A DNA stretch of 64,000 nucleotides, taken from the NCBI RefSeq assembly GCF_009914755.1, contig NC_060948.1; one strand, given 5' to 3'. Made by a program: the position numbers and the translations under genes. Below the pieces are notes generated by a model that worked only from the letters and a program-made list of their open reading frames with translations, was not told the DNA's origin and searched no databases. How positions within the stretch are numbered: the stretch's first letter is position 1; each line of letters opens with the position of its first letter. Of this stretch, positions 38,901 to 51,737 are shown piece by piece. Source of the DNA: the human T2T-CHM13v2.0 reference genome, Homo sapiens.

Positions 38901-41574
38901 GATATTGAGGCAACAATTAATAGCTTACCAACCAAAAAAAGTACAGGACCAGACGGATTCACAGCCAAATTCTACCGGAGGTACAAAAAGGAGCTAGTAC
39001 CATTCCTTCTGAAATTGTTCCAATCAATAGAAAAAGAGGGAATCCTCTCTAACTCATTTTATGAGGCCAGCATCATACTGATACCAATGCCTGGCAAAGA
39101 CACCACAAAAAAAGAGAATTGTAGACCAATATCCCCGATGAACATCGAGGCAAAAATCCTCAATAAAATACTGACAAACTGAATCCAGCAGCACATCAAA
39201 AAGCTTATCCACCATGATCAAGTGGGCTTCATCCCTGGGATGCAAGGCTGGTTGAACATATGCAAATGAATAAATATAATCCAGCATATAAACAGAACCA
39301 AAGACAAAAACCACATGATTATCTCAATAGATGCAGAAAAGGCCTTTGACAAAATTCAACAGCTCTTCATGCTAAAAACTTTCAATAAATTAGGTATTGA
39401 TGGGATGGATCTCAAAATAATAAGAGCTATTTATGACAAACCCACAGCCAATATCATACTGAATGGGCAAAAACTGGAAGCATTCCCTTTGAAAACCGGC
39501 ACAAGACAGGCAAGCCTTCTCTCCCCACTCCTATTCAACATAGTGTTGGAAGTTCTGGCCAGGGCAATCAGGCAGGAGAAGGAAATAAAGGGTATTCAAT
39601 TAGGAAAAGAGGAAGTCAAATTGTCCCAGTTTGCAGATGACATGATTGTATATCTAGAAAACTACATCATCTTAGCCCAAAATCTCCTTAAGCTGATAAG
39701 CAACTTCAGCAAAGTCTCAAGATACAAAAGCAATGTGCAAAAATCACAAGCGTTCTTAGACACCAATAACAGACCGAGAGCCAAATCATGAGTGAATTCC
39801 CATTCACAATTGCTTCAAACAGAATAAAGTACCTAGGAATCCAACTTATAAGAGATGTGAAGGAACTCTTCAAGGAGAACTACAAACCACTGCTCAACAA
39901 AATAAAAGAGGATACAAGCAAATGGAAGAACATTCCATGCTCATGGATAGGAAGAATCAATATCGTGAAAATGGCCATATTGGCCAAGGTAATTTATAGA
40001 TTCAATGCCATCCCCATCAGGTATCAATGACTTTCTTAACAGATTTAGAAAAAACTACTTTAAAGTTCATATGGAACCAAAAAGAAGCCTGCATTGCCAA
40101 GTCAATCCTAAGCCAAAAGAACAAAGTTGGAGGCATCATGCTACCTGACTTCAAACTACACTACAAGGCTACAGTAAACAAAACAGTATAGCACTGGTAC
40201 CAAAATAGTATAGTACTGGTACCAAAACAGATATACAGACCAATGGAACAGAACAGAGTCCTCAGAAATAATACCACACACCCACAACCATCTGATCTTT
40301 GACAAACCTGACAAAAACAAAAAATGGGGAAAAGATTCCCTAGTTTATAAATGGTGCTAGGAAAACTGGCTAGCCATATGTAGAAAGCTGAAACTGGATC
40401 CCTTCCTTACACCTTATACAAAAATTAATTCAAGATGGATTAAAGACTTAAATGTTAGATCTAAAACCATAAAAACCCTAGAAGAAAACCTAGGCAATAC
40501 CACTCAGGACATGGGCATGTCTAAACACCAAAAGCAATGGCAACAAACGCCATAAGTGACAAATGGGATCTAATTAAAGAGCTTCTGCACAGCAAAAGAA
40601 ACTACCATCATAGTGAACAGGCAAACTACAGAAGGGGAGAAAATGTTTGCAATCTACTCATCTGACACAGGGCTAATATCCAGAATCTACAAAGAACACA
40701 AAGAAATTTACAAGAAAAAAAACAAACAACCCCATCAAAATTGGTCAAAGGATATGAACAGACATTTCTCAGAAGAAGACATTTATACAGCCAACATACA
40801 CATGAAAAAATGCTCATCATCACTGGCCATCAGAAAAATGCAAAATGAAACCACAATGAGATAATATCTCACACCAGTTGGAATGGCAATCATTAAAAAG
40901 TCAGGAAACAACTGGTGCTGGAGAGGATGTGGAGATATAGGAATACTTTTACACTGCTGGTGGGACTGTAAGCTGGTCCAACCATTGTGGAAGACGGTGT
41001 GGTGATTCCTCAAGGATCTAGAACTAGAAATACCATTTGACCCAGCCATCCTATTACTAGATATACACCCAGAGGTTTGTAAATCATGCTGCTATAAAGA
41101 CACATGCAACATATGTTTATTGAGGCACTATACGCAATAGCAAAGACTTGGAACCAACCTAAATGTCCATCAATGATAGACTGGAATAAGAAAATGTGGC
41201 ACATATACACTATGGAATACTATTCAGCCATAAAAAAGGATGAATTCATGTCCTTTGTAGGGACATGGATGAAGCCAGAAACCATCCTTCTCAGCAAACT
41301 GTCACAAGGACAAAAAACCAAATACCACATGTTCTCACTAATAGGTGGGAATTGAACAATGAGAACACTGGGACACAGGGAAGGGAACATCACACACTGA
41401 AGCCTGTCGTGTGGTGGCGGGAGGGGGAAGGATAGCATCAGGAGATATACCTAGTGTAAATGATGAGTTAATGAGTTCAGCACACCAACATGGCATGTGT
41501 ATACATATGTAACAAATCTGCACTTTGTGAACTTGTTCCCTAGAACCTAAATTATAACCAAAAAATCATAAAAT
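35949..41574 (+). mobile_element. L1-B: near full-length L1PA5-like element with spliced 5'UTR (SpIRE97/622 type); ORFs broken
   Basis: GTGGTTCCAAGATGGC start; junction AACTGAG|CTTTCAAGAG at 36046/36047; RT motifs [11 protein letters not shown] and [11 protein letters not shown]; 3'UTR and A-rich tail. Confidence 0.92.
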
Positions 41575-41625
41575 AAAGTAGAAGATACATAAAAAATGTT
41601 CAAAACTGAACAGGAAGTACATTAC

Positions 41626-41826
41626 CTTTTATTTTGCCAAACCAATTTCTGGAAAGAAAACAGAAAGCGAAGACTCATAGCCACATCTTTGTTGGTGATC
41701 GGCCACTAAAGAGTTAGAGGCTTTTAGTAAGAGGGAGTTCCCTTGCATTGAAATGGACTGAAGCTACTATTCTCCATTCAATACAAGGTGCATCAACTCA
41801 TGAATTAGCTGGTTTTGAATTTGTGT
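41626..41826 (-). pseudogene. OFD1: OFD1P exon 3 (201 bp, three stops; LisH region)
   Basis: aag|[64 protein letters not shown]|gtaat. Confidence 0.95.
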
Positions 41827-41832
41827 CTTGCA

Positions 41833-41957
41833 AGGGAGGAAGGAAGAAAGAAAGGAAAAAAAAAAGAAAGAAAAGAAGGAAGGAAGAAAGAAGGGAGGAA
41901 GGGAGAAAGAGGAAAGGAGAAAGGAAGAAAGGAAGGAGAAAGAAGGAAGGAAGGAAG
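41833..41957. repeat. GA-rich low-complexity tract (GAAG/GAAA), the pyrimidine tract upstream of OFD1P exon 3
   Basis: Purine-only run directly adjacent to the exon 3 acceptor. Confidence 0.85.
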
Positions 41958-43044
41958 TCAGTCAGTCAGTTAAGGTAAAAAAAAATCAGTAGGATTTTCT
42001 CAGTAGAGATATACACAGATGTGTTACATTCATTGGAAATCTTCCTTTTATTTCCATAATGTTTCTAGATCCACATCCAGAAGTTAGGAAACTTCCCCTG
42101 CAAAACTCTTACCCCATAGACAAGAAGGCCAGTGTGTTCTAGAAAAATGTTTCTTTCCTCAGCTTCCAAGTGAAACTGATGGTTAGCCAGACCCATTTGC
42201 AGACTCTTAACTTCCCTAGAAGGTGATTTCAGAAGCTTACGCTTGAGATACAAAGTATGAGGAAAAATTCTGCCAGTTCATCACACTTCTGTGGACTGTT
42301 GGAAAATATAACCAAAATATTCGACAGCAAGGGACTGTTTGTATGTTACAAAAATATCCAAAGATAAGTCTCTTACCTCTAAAAATGAGGATTTCAAGAA
42401 AATTCTAAGGAAACAGAGAAATGCTCACACCATATAGTTTAAAATGTTTAAACACCATAAAATAGTTTAAACACCATAAGTTTAAAAATGACATATACAC
42501 TGGATATATCTACATATTTTAAAAGTAAAATATGCTTTTTAAATGCATATTGCAATAAAAATACGTTGAGCTAATCCTATTTCTAGCTGTTAATCAAAAT
42601 ATAAAGTATATCTACAGATATTTGCTGCTCAAGTTAAATATTCAGTCACATTACATAGTTTAAAGATGAAAATGTTCATTCCTCAAACTATTAAAACAGC
42701 ACACTAGTGTTTTCTACATGGTGTGAATGTCCCTCATCCAAATGTATTACTAACCCACTTGTTAGTTTAGGAATCTGTAAGCCAGATTTATAAAACAGGC
42801 CTAATTTTACTAAAATGTGTTCATTATATAAATGCTTTCGGCTATTTTATTGTTGGTTCAATTAATTATTTGAACATTCTCCTTTAGGTCGACTCAAATG
42901 CAACATTTTCTCAATAGTTTCAAAGAGACCGTAATATTTCAGGATAGACTTTTGAAACCCAAACATTGGATGAATTTAAATGTGAACTACTTTTTACAGG
43001 TTACACTTTTAAAAGTTATGGAGCAAATGAACGTACATCTGATA

Positions 43045-43143
43045 CTTGAGTGTACCCTGTACACCCCAATCCTTCAACATTCTGTGTAGCTTTCTGTGCA
43101 GCTTATTTTGACTCAACACGTCAGACATGGGGAGAAAGGTGGA
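43045..43143 (-). pseudogene. OFD1: OFD1P exon 2 (99 bp)
   Basis: ctag|STFLPMSDVLSQNKLHRKLHRMLKDWGVQGTLK (OFD1 [33 protein letters not shown]); donor lacks one G. Confidence 0.9.
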
Positions 43144-43199
43144 CTAGAAGACAAAATGGTTACAGGTTACCTGGGGGATAGAGGAAAGGTGAACGACGG

Positions 43200-44120
43200 A
43201 AAAAAGATCACTGGTCTCTGGGGACACCCTGAGTGGCCTAGCAGGGAAAGGGGTATTAAGGACTATCAACAATACTTCATTTCTACTTGTCCCCGATGAG
43301 GGGCAGTTGTGTATTCCTGAGTCATCAGGCGCCAGCTTCCTCCAGTCACTAGCTGCCTCCCAAGCCGCCTCACTGGCCCCGCTATGGGCCGAGTTGACTG
43401 CCCAGTCCAGGCTGCAAGGCCAAGATGAGGGGGAATCCCTGGCCTCAGAGACATGCCTCTGTCCCAGGTGAGGAGCAAGGGTGCTTAACACTCTCAATCT
43501 CACAGTCCCAAATAGGTTTTCTATCAAGCATGTGAGCCTCCTCTCTTCGTGGTTCTGAGGCATGGATGAGGACCGTGACCTAGGCACAATTCAAAGGCGC
43601 TTGGAGGGCTGGGACCCAAAGACTAGGGATGGAAAGCAGTGAGGCAGGACCGCGAGATTACAGCCCTCACACCCCATCCTGCCCCTCCTGGAGACCTACA
43701 AAGTACAGTCTTCCCGTCTGAAGAGACATGGTGCATGCACTTTGTTGCCTAGCACCCGACAGAAGCTCCACCCATATCTCGGGAGAGCACATCCAGGGTA
43801 TCCAAAGAACTGCCCCCGGGGAAATGTGGCTGAAGCAGTGGAGCGCGGGACTCCACAGCTGGACTTAGATTGTCTTTCCCTCGTCGGCCTCTCGCTGCAG
43901 GTAGGGGATGGAGTGAGTCGAAACAGGCGTTTTGAGTCCCTGTGGGACTTCACTGGCCCTGCGTGACTTCACTGGCCCTGCGTGATGGCGCAGGCTGGTG
44001 CCATATCTCCACTCCTCCCTGGGGTAGCCAGATCAGATCTGCCACGTCCTGACCGGCTCATCCATGCTCTAAGCACTTCCACCTGCAAGTGTCTGCCCTC
44101 TTTGGAGTCTGCTTTCGCGG
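43200..44120. promoter_or_regulatory. Decayed CpG-island bidirectional promoter between OFD1P and TRAPPC2P
   Basis: GC-rich unique segment with residual CpGs between divergent first exons; matches the head-to-head OFD1/TRAPPC2 layout on X. Confidence 0.7.
43317..43328 (-). pseudogene. OFD1: OFD1P exon 1 coding remnant
   Basis: CTGATGACTCAG (LMTQ vs MMAQ) 173 bp upstream of exon 2; donor reads GA instead of GT. Confidence 0.55.
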
Positions 44121-44142
44121 TTGACAGTCGAACATTCACCTG

Positions 44143-44350
44143 ACCCAGGGTTTCTTAATGAAGCCACTGTTGCCTTTTGGAGCCAGCAGATGTTTTGGGG
44201 GCTGTCCTGGGCATTGTAGATTTAGCTGTGTCCTCGGTCTCTATTTTGTCAATAGCACCTTCTCCCCCAAGCGAGACAACCAAAAATGTCTCCAGACATT
44301 GTCAGATGTCCTCTTGGAAGCAAGATGTCTCAGAATTGAGATCCACAGAG
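44143..44350. mobile_element. MER20
   Basis: CAGGGTTTCT...GGGGCTGTCCTGGGCATTGTAG...GACAACCAAAAATGTCTCCAGACATTG. Confidence 0.85.
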
Positions 44351-45119
44351 CTAATTTTTTCTGAGTAGCCACCGTTGTGTGTTGTGAGGAAAGATGAGCC
44401 TGACCTCATGACGCTTACATTAATTAAAAAGAAAAGGAACCAAACCTCTCAGAAGCAATAATGAAAATATTACAGCTAGAGAATTGAGCAAGTGCTAAGA
44501 TCACATTATAAACTGAGTAAAGAGTTTAAAGGGGAGGTGGTTGAAGATGGAAGTGATCCAGATCATCTCTCAGAAAAAGTGTAAACTCATCAGGACCTTG
44601 ATGCATAGGATTTGCGTGGTGCACTAAAAGAAGAGCTTTGCAGGGGAGGGAAAATGAGCAAAGGAATAAAAAACAAATAAAACAAACAAACAAAAATCCA
44701 AGACCTTCTGGGGGCAGTGAGGAATCTACCCCGAGTCCAGAGTTGTATGCTGGAAATATAAGCCTGAGAAACTATCTAAGCCCTGTGAGGACAAAATTTG
44801 ATCAGTGACACCTTTGTACATGACATTGAAAAAGTGTACAATGAGTTTTGATCACTGGCTGTGAAAAACTTAAAGTCTTTAAGAAGCAGTATGAGTGACA
44901 GGACTTCTTAGCACGTGGAGAATGTGTAGGCTTTTGTTGGAAATAATTGAGGAGGAGGAGAAACTTAGTTGAATTTTAAAAAATAGGTAAAGGCTGCAGG
45001 CAGAATCAGGGAGAACATTCCAGGGATGATGACAGAAACAGTAGTAACTCTGAAGTGGATACAGTCAAGGTGGATTTGGGGGCAAAAAAAGTAAATGACA
45101 AAACTCTAGCGAAGGTGGA

Positions 45120-45590
45120 ACAATAGGCCACTGTAACAAATTATTACAAATTTAGTGGCTTAATACAAGTGTATCATCTTACACTTCTGTAACATACGAG
45201 TCCAATAGAGGTCTTGTTCAGCTAAAATCTAAGTGTGCACAGGACTGTGTTCCTCTTGGAGGCTCTAGAGGATAATTTGTTTCCCTGTACTTTCTAGCTT
45301 CTAGGGGCCTGCTGCATTCTTTAGCCATAGCCCCTTCCTCTGTTTTCAAAGCCATCAACATCACATTGCTTTTCTCCTTCTTCTGTCACTTCCCCCTGAC
45401 TTTCCTCTTTTGCTTCCATCTTCTACATTTAAGGTCGTTCCAATGGCATTGATCAAGCTGCATGATCCTCGGCAATCTTCCTATCTTAAGGTCAGCTGCT
45501 GAACAACCTTAATTTCTCTTTGCCATGAGCCCTCACATACTCACAAGTTTTAGAGATTTGGATGAGGGCATCTTAGAAGAGAGGTCACAA
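45120..45590. mobile_element. MLT1-type MaLR LTR
   Basis: CTGTAACAAATTATTACAAATTTAGTGGCTTAA...GGAGGCTCTAGAGGA...CTTTCTAGCTTCTAG...TCTTAAGGTCAGCTG. Confidence 0.75.
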
Positions 45591-45919
45591 TCTGTTTGTT
45601 CCTCTCAGCTAGACATTTGAAAACTATCTTAGATTCTCCTCTTGTCCTCCATTTCCCAATTTAATCTATTATCTAATTCTATGTAGCTACGTCCTCAGGG
45701 CCTCTGGGACAAGTGTTCCTTGGAGATTCTTCAAAGGCCCTTATTTAAAGCAACAGAAAAATCGAGAAGACCATGAATACACATTCATGCCAATGCAGGT
45801 ATGTCAGTCATGGCTGTTGCTTTATTTGCATTATGTGTTGGAATTCTAAGTAACACTTGTTTTGTTGGTGAAGGAAATATGGAGATATCACAGAAATTTT
45901 ATTTTAAAAAGTTGAAATT

Positions 45920-46170
45920 GGGCTGAGCATGGTGGCTCATGACTGTAATCTCAGCACTTTGGGAGGCTGAGGTCTGGAGATCTCTTGAGGCCAGGAGTTC
46001 AAGACCAGCTTGGGCAGTATGGCAAAACCCTGTCTCTACTAGAATTACAAAATTTACCCTGGCATGATGGTGCATGCCATTAATCCCAGCTACTCAGGAG
46101 GGCGGAGGCAGGAGAATCTCCTGAACTTGGGAGGTGGAATTTGCAGTAAGCCAAGATCATGCCACTGTCT
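45920..46170 (+). mobile_element. Alu, 3'-truncated
   Basis: GGCTGAGCATGGTGGCTCATG...GATCATGCCACTG; no tail. Confidence 0.85.
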
Positions 46171-46184
46171 TGGAATCTTCTATC

Positions 46185-46360
46185 TAAACCTGTGCTTTCT
46201 ATTACATAGCCACTATCCTCATGTGGCTCTTCTTCTTTAATTAAAATTCAGTTCTACAGTTACAGTAGCCACATTTCTAATACTTGCTGGCTTTCATATT
46301 GGACAACACAGGTGTACATTTGCATCCTTGGAGAAAGTTCCACAGATTGGACAGTGCAGA
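46185..46360. mobile_element. MER3/MER33-like element
   Basis: TAGCCACTATCCTCATGTGGCT...AGTAGCCACATTTC...ATATTGGACAACAC...GAAAGTTCC. Confidence 0.65.
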
Positions 46361-47114
46361 ATCCTAATGTGTGTCTCACCTTTGTCCCATACCCTCAAGT
46401 ATTTGCTAAGTGTTGCAGCTATTCCCTTCCCTTTCTGTGACAACGGTGTCATTTTCTCCCAGGGTTTCAAATTCTCCCACTTCACCTGACAGTTTTTCTT
46501 TGCAAAATTGACTGAAAAACTATAGCCTTCTTGCTTCTTCAGCTGTTTACAAAAGGAAAACCAAACTGACAACTTACGATAAACATGGAATGTATATAAA
46601 GTAAACTCCGTCTGATCTTCTGCCCATCTGTGTAGTTGATAACAGCACCATCATGCAATTGTTCTTTGAGTTCCCTTCTGTCTGTCCTCCTGCTGATTTA
46701 GCACCATGCTGCTCACCCATTTGTGGCTTTTCATATAGGGCTGAGTGTGGGGATGCATGTTATCTCCCTTACACACACACTGACACTTCTACATCCACAC
46801 CCACACACACATGCAAACCACCCACACACAAACACACACATTTGCCCCCCTTCTTTTTAGCACTGCTGCTTCAATGCTTGTGCAGAAGAAGGTAACAAGC
46901 ACTTCTTTTGGCAAACTTCAGCTCTAAAATTTAGCCCAGTAATAATTCATGATATCATTATTTACTTTATTCAATTTTCCACTGCCCATCCTTTCTCCCA
47001 TAACCTTCCCTGGAGAATTATTGCCAATTCCTCTAGTTTTTCACGGCTTTTGTATCATTCTTGCTTGTCTTTGTTACCCAATTTTTCTTCCTCAATCTGT
47101 TTTTCATCTGTTTT

Positions 47115-47270
47115 CTAAAGCAGGGGCAAAGGTTTTCCTTGGAAGACCAGATAGTGAATATTGTTGGCTCTGTGGGATAACCTGATTGCAGGTACTTAAC
47201 TCTGCCTTTGAAGGGTGAGAGCACCTTAGATGGTAGTGAGAAAGTGAACAAGGCTATAGTCCCCCATCTC
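47115..47270. mobile_element. MER58-like element
   Basis: GCAGGGGCAAAGGTTTTCC...CCAGATAGTGAATATTGTTGGCTCTGTGGG...ACTTAACTCTGCC. Confidence 0.55.
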
Positions 47271-47964
47271 ACATGATATTTTAAATCCTACTTCATCATG
47301 CCCAGAGTCTTCTATTTGCCTTTCCTTCTACAGTCATAACCCTCCAATTCTAAAGTTAAAGCTGCCAGCTGTGCCTTGATTTTATTTATGAAATGCATCA
47401 TTCATTAGCACATGCATATCATGTTTCTTCTGATTCCGTTTTGTGTACGTGAATCAGGAGAAGATCCAGTGAGGCTTGATGAGCCTTGGTTTCTAACCCA
47501 CCTCAGATGTATCTTCCAGGAGTTTGACTAACTCCTCGCTTACTTGATATCCACCCCATGTTGAGAATTTTACCAGTCACCACTTCTCAGTTTGCATTTG
47601 GCCTTCCATGTTATTCTAGAAAATATTAATTGAGCATGTCCTGTGAGTCAGACACTGTGCTGGGTACTTTACTGTAAGGTGCTACAAAGTTACTACTATT
47701 CCATAAAGAAGAAAGCCAACAATAGGTTAAGTGCTCCCTGTGGTAACATTGCAAGTAAGTAGCAGAGCTACATAGAACCTAACTTTTTTTTATTTCAATC
47801 CTCTTGAGTTAAAAATACACACAGTGGGGTTACCATTGAGTATATCCATCCATGTTCCCTCCCATCCGTCTTTCATCTATATTTTCATTATCTGTGCTAG
47901 AAGCCAAGGAATCACTTGTAATTTTTCCAGCGTTTCTCATGAGTTTATTTCTTTTGCGAATCTG

Positions 47965-48247
47965 TTTGTTGTTGTTGTTGTTGTTCTTGTTTGAGGCAGG
48001 ATAGTTCAGCTTACTGTTGTGTCATGTAATTCTCTCCTGTCAGGCTCCAGAGTAGCTGGGACTACAGGCAGACACCACAATGCCCAGAAATTTTAGTATT
48101 TCTGTAGAGATGTATTTTTTTGTAGAGAAGTGTTTCTTCTTTCATGCTGTTGCCTTGGCTGGTCTCAAATTCCTGGACTCCAACAGACTGTCTGCCTCAG
48201 CCTTCTGAAATGCTGGGATTACAGGCATGAGCCATTACACCTGTCCC
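47965..48247 (-). mobile_element. Degraded AluJ with (GTT)n tail
   Basis: AGTAGCTGGGACTACAGGC...TGCTGGGATTACAGGCATGAGCC. Confidence 0.75.
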
Positions 48248-48956
48248 AATCTGTTAAACTTCTTTGTAAGATCTCTCAGTACCTCAGAATATTTTCCTTT
48301 ATCTATCATTTCTTTCATCCTTTATAGAATAGAAAACTTCCTTTCTTATAAATTGGTGTATCAAGAGGCATATCATAGTCTCTTTTATTAGCACGGACAT
48401 GTATTTATAACACACATAGTTCAGTTAGAAAGAAAAAAATAGAGCACAAAGTGCTGCATTGCCTCACTTTTCTAGGTAAGTCACATGAGAGAAAGCTGAT
48501 TTTAGCTTCCCCCAACAGATGCCTTATGGAAATTTCTAAGGCAAGCTAATTAGTTTCTTCATCTTCTCACCACTCTTTATGATCCTTAACTTACCATCTA
48601 CCTCTGTTAAATCTTCTAAGTGTCAGTGCTGGTGCTAACTGCTCCAGTCCAAGTGAAGCCTAGCTTACTCCACCAGACACTCAGGGTCCTTTCAGTTGAA
48701 TGTGCCATACATTCAGATCGTGAGAATATTGTCTGTGATGTTATGTTAGAGGTCTTCTGGTTTTCTTATGGAAATACATAGGATTCTATAAGAAATATCA
48801 CAATTATATCATTTGTTTATTCCAGAAGTCATGCATCTTCACTAGTATGTGGGGAATGGTGACAAGCTTACTGGCGTATTTCAGGTTTAAGTTAGAAAGC
48901 AAAACAAAAGAAGAATTTTACATTTCCCATTGGTCATCTTTGAATTTCAATATTGA

Positions 48957-49118
<162 letters not shown>

Positions 49119-50409
49119 TAGTTTTCATAGGAATTTTTATTCCATTGTAACGATATAGTGTAATATGATTTTAGAACTGGAAGATCTGGACAGAGGAGGT
49201 AAATGAAATCCAGCACAATTAAATGAGGCTTGCACTGGAGTCCCAGAGACTGATAGCAGTCAACCAGGGCATATCCTGGGAGTTGTTTATTTATACTTTA
49301 ATTCAGCACAGACTAGCATGACCTCTGACTTTCCCATGATGTTCAGTTCATTATGTCATCCATCATGAATTGCTGCCACTTGAACACTTAAAACCCTAGT
49401 CCACCTGTAGCAAGTTGTGGCTTTGAAATGTCATCCATCAGTGTTCAGGCAGTTTTCATGAATCATATTTTTCATCAGGACCTATTGTGTTCCATCCATT
49501 AAAATTCAGGCAGTTTTCATGAATCATGTTTTTCATCAGGACCTTCGGGGTTAAAAAAGACCCTCAGTGACCCTCAGCAGCACTTCCTGACTGGGTGATT
49601 CATGTATGCTTACATCCCCAGTGACTACCTTGGCAATGCACAGGAAGCGCAAAAGCAGTACCAGAGATGATGACACCTTTTTTTGTCAAGAATGTTTCCA
49701 GAAACCAGGCTTGGCTCGAGAACATGTTATTATTCAGAGTAAACCAGCCCATAGATTTTTGACGTGAGAAGAGCCCAGTCCTTTCCAATTTATGTTTCTA
49801 ATACATTGCTGGCATGTTTGCACTGTTTCTCTCAAGCACACAAGTCAGCTTTAATGACATTTGAGGAAGTGATATTGTAAGTTACTTGCAATGTATAATG
49901 TTTAAGTGGGTGATACTTTTTAACTATTCAGGACTTGTCACCAAAATATGGTAGACAGGATTATGTGCCAGGTATTATTGTGGCATTACTTTCTCATATT
50001 ATGAGAACACTGCTCATTAAAACTTGTTTTGAGTACTTGTAGCAGTATTGCTTTCTAGGATGCAGCTACTTGTATATAATTTCTGTGCATTCCACTGGCC
50101 CTGTTGTGGAGAAAGGAGCAGACATAAAAATAATTTGTTGCATATATTGATTTTAATTCTTTCTCCTGCTACCATTCACCTTGTTAAAGCATTTTCACAA
50201 TTTGCTTCTAATCTTTCAGAATTGATCATCATTGTAAAAGAAACCACTGCTTGATCGAGACACGAAGAGATCCATTTATCTAAAGATTCACTTAGGTTTG
50301 TCATGACAATGTGAGTGAAGTGAAGCATGCTTTAGATGTCCGAGGGATTTTGGGAAAATGGGCTACCCTCCTCCAGCCCAAGATTGGGAACAGCTTCTTT
50401 GGCAAGGAG

Positions 50410-50835
50410 GCTGTCTCTGTTTCCTGTGGCTGTTGTAACAAAGTACCAAAAGTGTAGTGGCTTTGGACATCAGAAATGTATTTCCTCATTTCTGAGGGCC
50501 ACTGTCTAAAATCAAGATATCAGTGGTGACAAGATTCCTATGCAGGTCTTAAGGTAAGAATCTGTTCAGTTTCTCTCCCAGTTTCTGGAAGTTCCCTGGC
50601 TTGTAGCAGTGTAACTCCAGTCTTTCTGTGTCATTTTTCTCCCTTTGTGCATATCCAAATGTTCCTTTTTTTACTAAGTACATGAGTGGTTTTATTAGAG
50701 GCTCACCCTACCCTAAAATGACCTAATCTAAAATAACCATATATACATGTAACCTATCCTTCCAAATGAGGCCACACTCTGCGGTACTGTCACTTAGGAC
50801 ATCAACAAAAGAATTTTGAAGAGAATACACTTCCA
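50410..50835. mobile_element. MLT1B-like MaLR LTR
   Basis: TTTCCTGTGGCTGTTGTAACAAAGTACC...CTAAAATCAAG...TTCCCTGGCTTGTAG...TTCCAAATGAGGCCACACTCTG. Confidence 0.75.
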
Positions 50836-51057
50836 CCCGTAACTGAGGTGTTATTTTAAAACTATATTTTTTAAAAAATAATTCCATATAATGTGAAAAC
50901 AGATCTCTTTTATGTCTCTTGAAAATAACAAACAAAGCAAAATCAAACTTTTTTTTTCTGCGCAAGAAAACCATCTATAGAATTTACAGAATGAAATGTC
51001 GGCATTCTTCATTCCATAAGGATACATTAATCTGTTATTGCTCACACTGTCATTTAT

Positions 51058-51202
51058 GACAACCGTCACTGTCTGCACCAGTTCATAGCTCATGCTGCTC
51101 TTGACCTCATAGACGAGAACATGTGGCTTTTGAACAACATGTACTTGAAAAGTGTGGACAAGTCCAATAACTGGTTTGTGCCAGCACTCATTACTGCAGA
51201 GC
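51058..51202 (+). pseudogene. TRAPPC2: TRAPPC2P exon 4 (145 bp; acceptor reads AT; U12-type donor ATACCTTT)
   Basis: [48 protein letters not shown], open frame. Confidence 0.95.
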
Positions 51203-51651
51203 ATACCTTTTTCCCTTTTTAGTAAAGATAATTAACTAAAGTTTGGGTTTACAAACTAGAGGAACATGGAACACAGATGCCTGGCTCTGAGTCTGTGTGC
51301 TTCAAAATTTGTATGAATGTAAAAGTTTCCATTTATGGGACTACTTTGTTTTATTAGGGGAGAAAATATTTTGTTGAACAGCTAATGATTAAACTAAGTC
51401 TCATACCCCCAAAGAGTTTATCTGATTCATATCAAGGTTGATGTTACATTACTTTTAGCTTTTTTCTTTTTTTACTTAGAATGCTTATATTCTTTTTCTG
51501 GTAAAACTAAGCTAATTTTGAACCCAGTTAATGTATTCAAGTCTTCCATCAGAAATACATGGAGTGTGACTAATTTGAAGAATATTGTATCAATGAACTG
51601 GTTGCTTTTTGTTTTTTACTTCTAAGAAAAATATTGCCTTAATTATGTCAC

Positions 51652-51737
51652 ATATGAGATTTATTATGCTTCATGGCATAAGGCAAGAAGATGGAATAAA
51701 TCACTTCCTTACTGATGTTCATGATTAACATATAAAA
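51652..51737 (+). pseudogene. TRAPPC2: TRAPPC2P exon 5 (86 bp; AC acceptor; TAA at 51726-51728)
   Basis: gccttaattatgtcac|(H)[27 protein letters not shown]|gtaagt. Confidence 0.95.

Noticed and set aside
38412-41355. Long reverse-transcriptase-like ORFs (256, 158 aa etc.)
   Set aside because: Fragments of L1 ORF2 broken by stops and frameshifts; neither an active element nor a novel RT system.
41748-41978. Lys/Arg-rich ORF resembling a basic nuclear protein
   Set aside because: Translation of the GA-rich tract, antisense to OFD1P exon 3.
43144-43966. ORFs of 147, 85 and 74 aa in the GC-rich segment
   Set aside because: Expected by chance in a GC-rich promoter relic; no recognisable protein.
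43982-43993. GTGATGGCGCAG resembling the OFD1 start ATGATGGCGCAG
   Set aside because: Wrong strand relative to exons 2-12; a better-placed remnant lies at 43317-43328.
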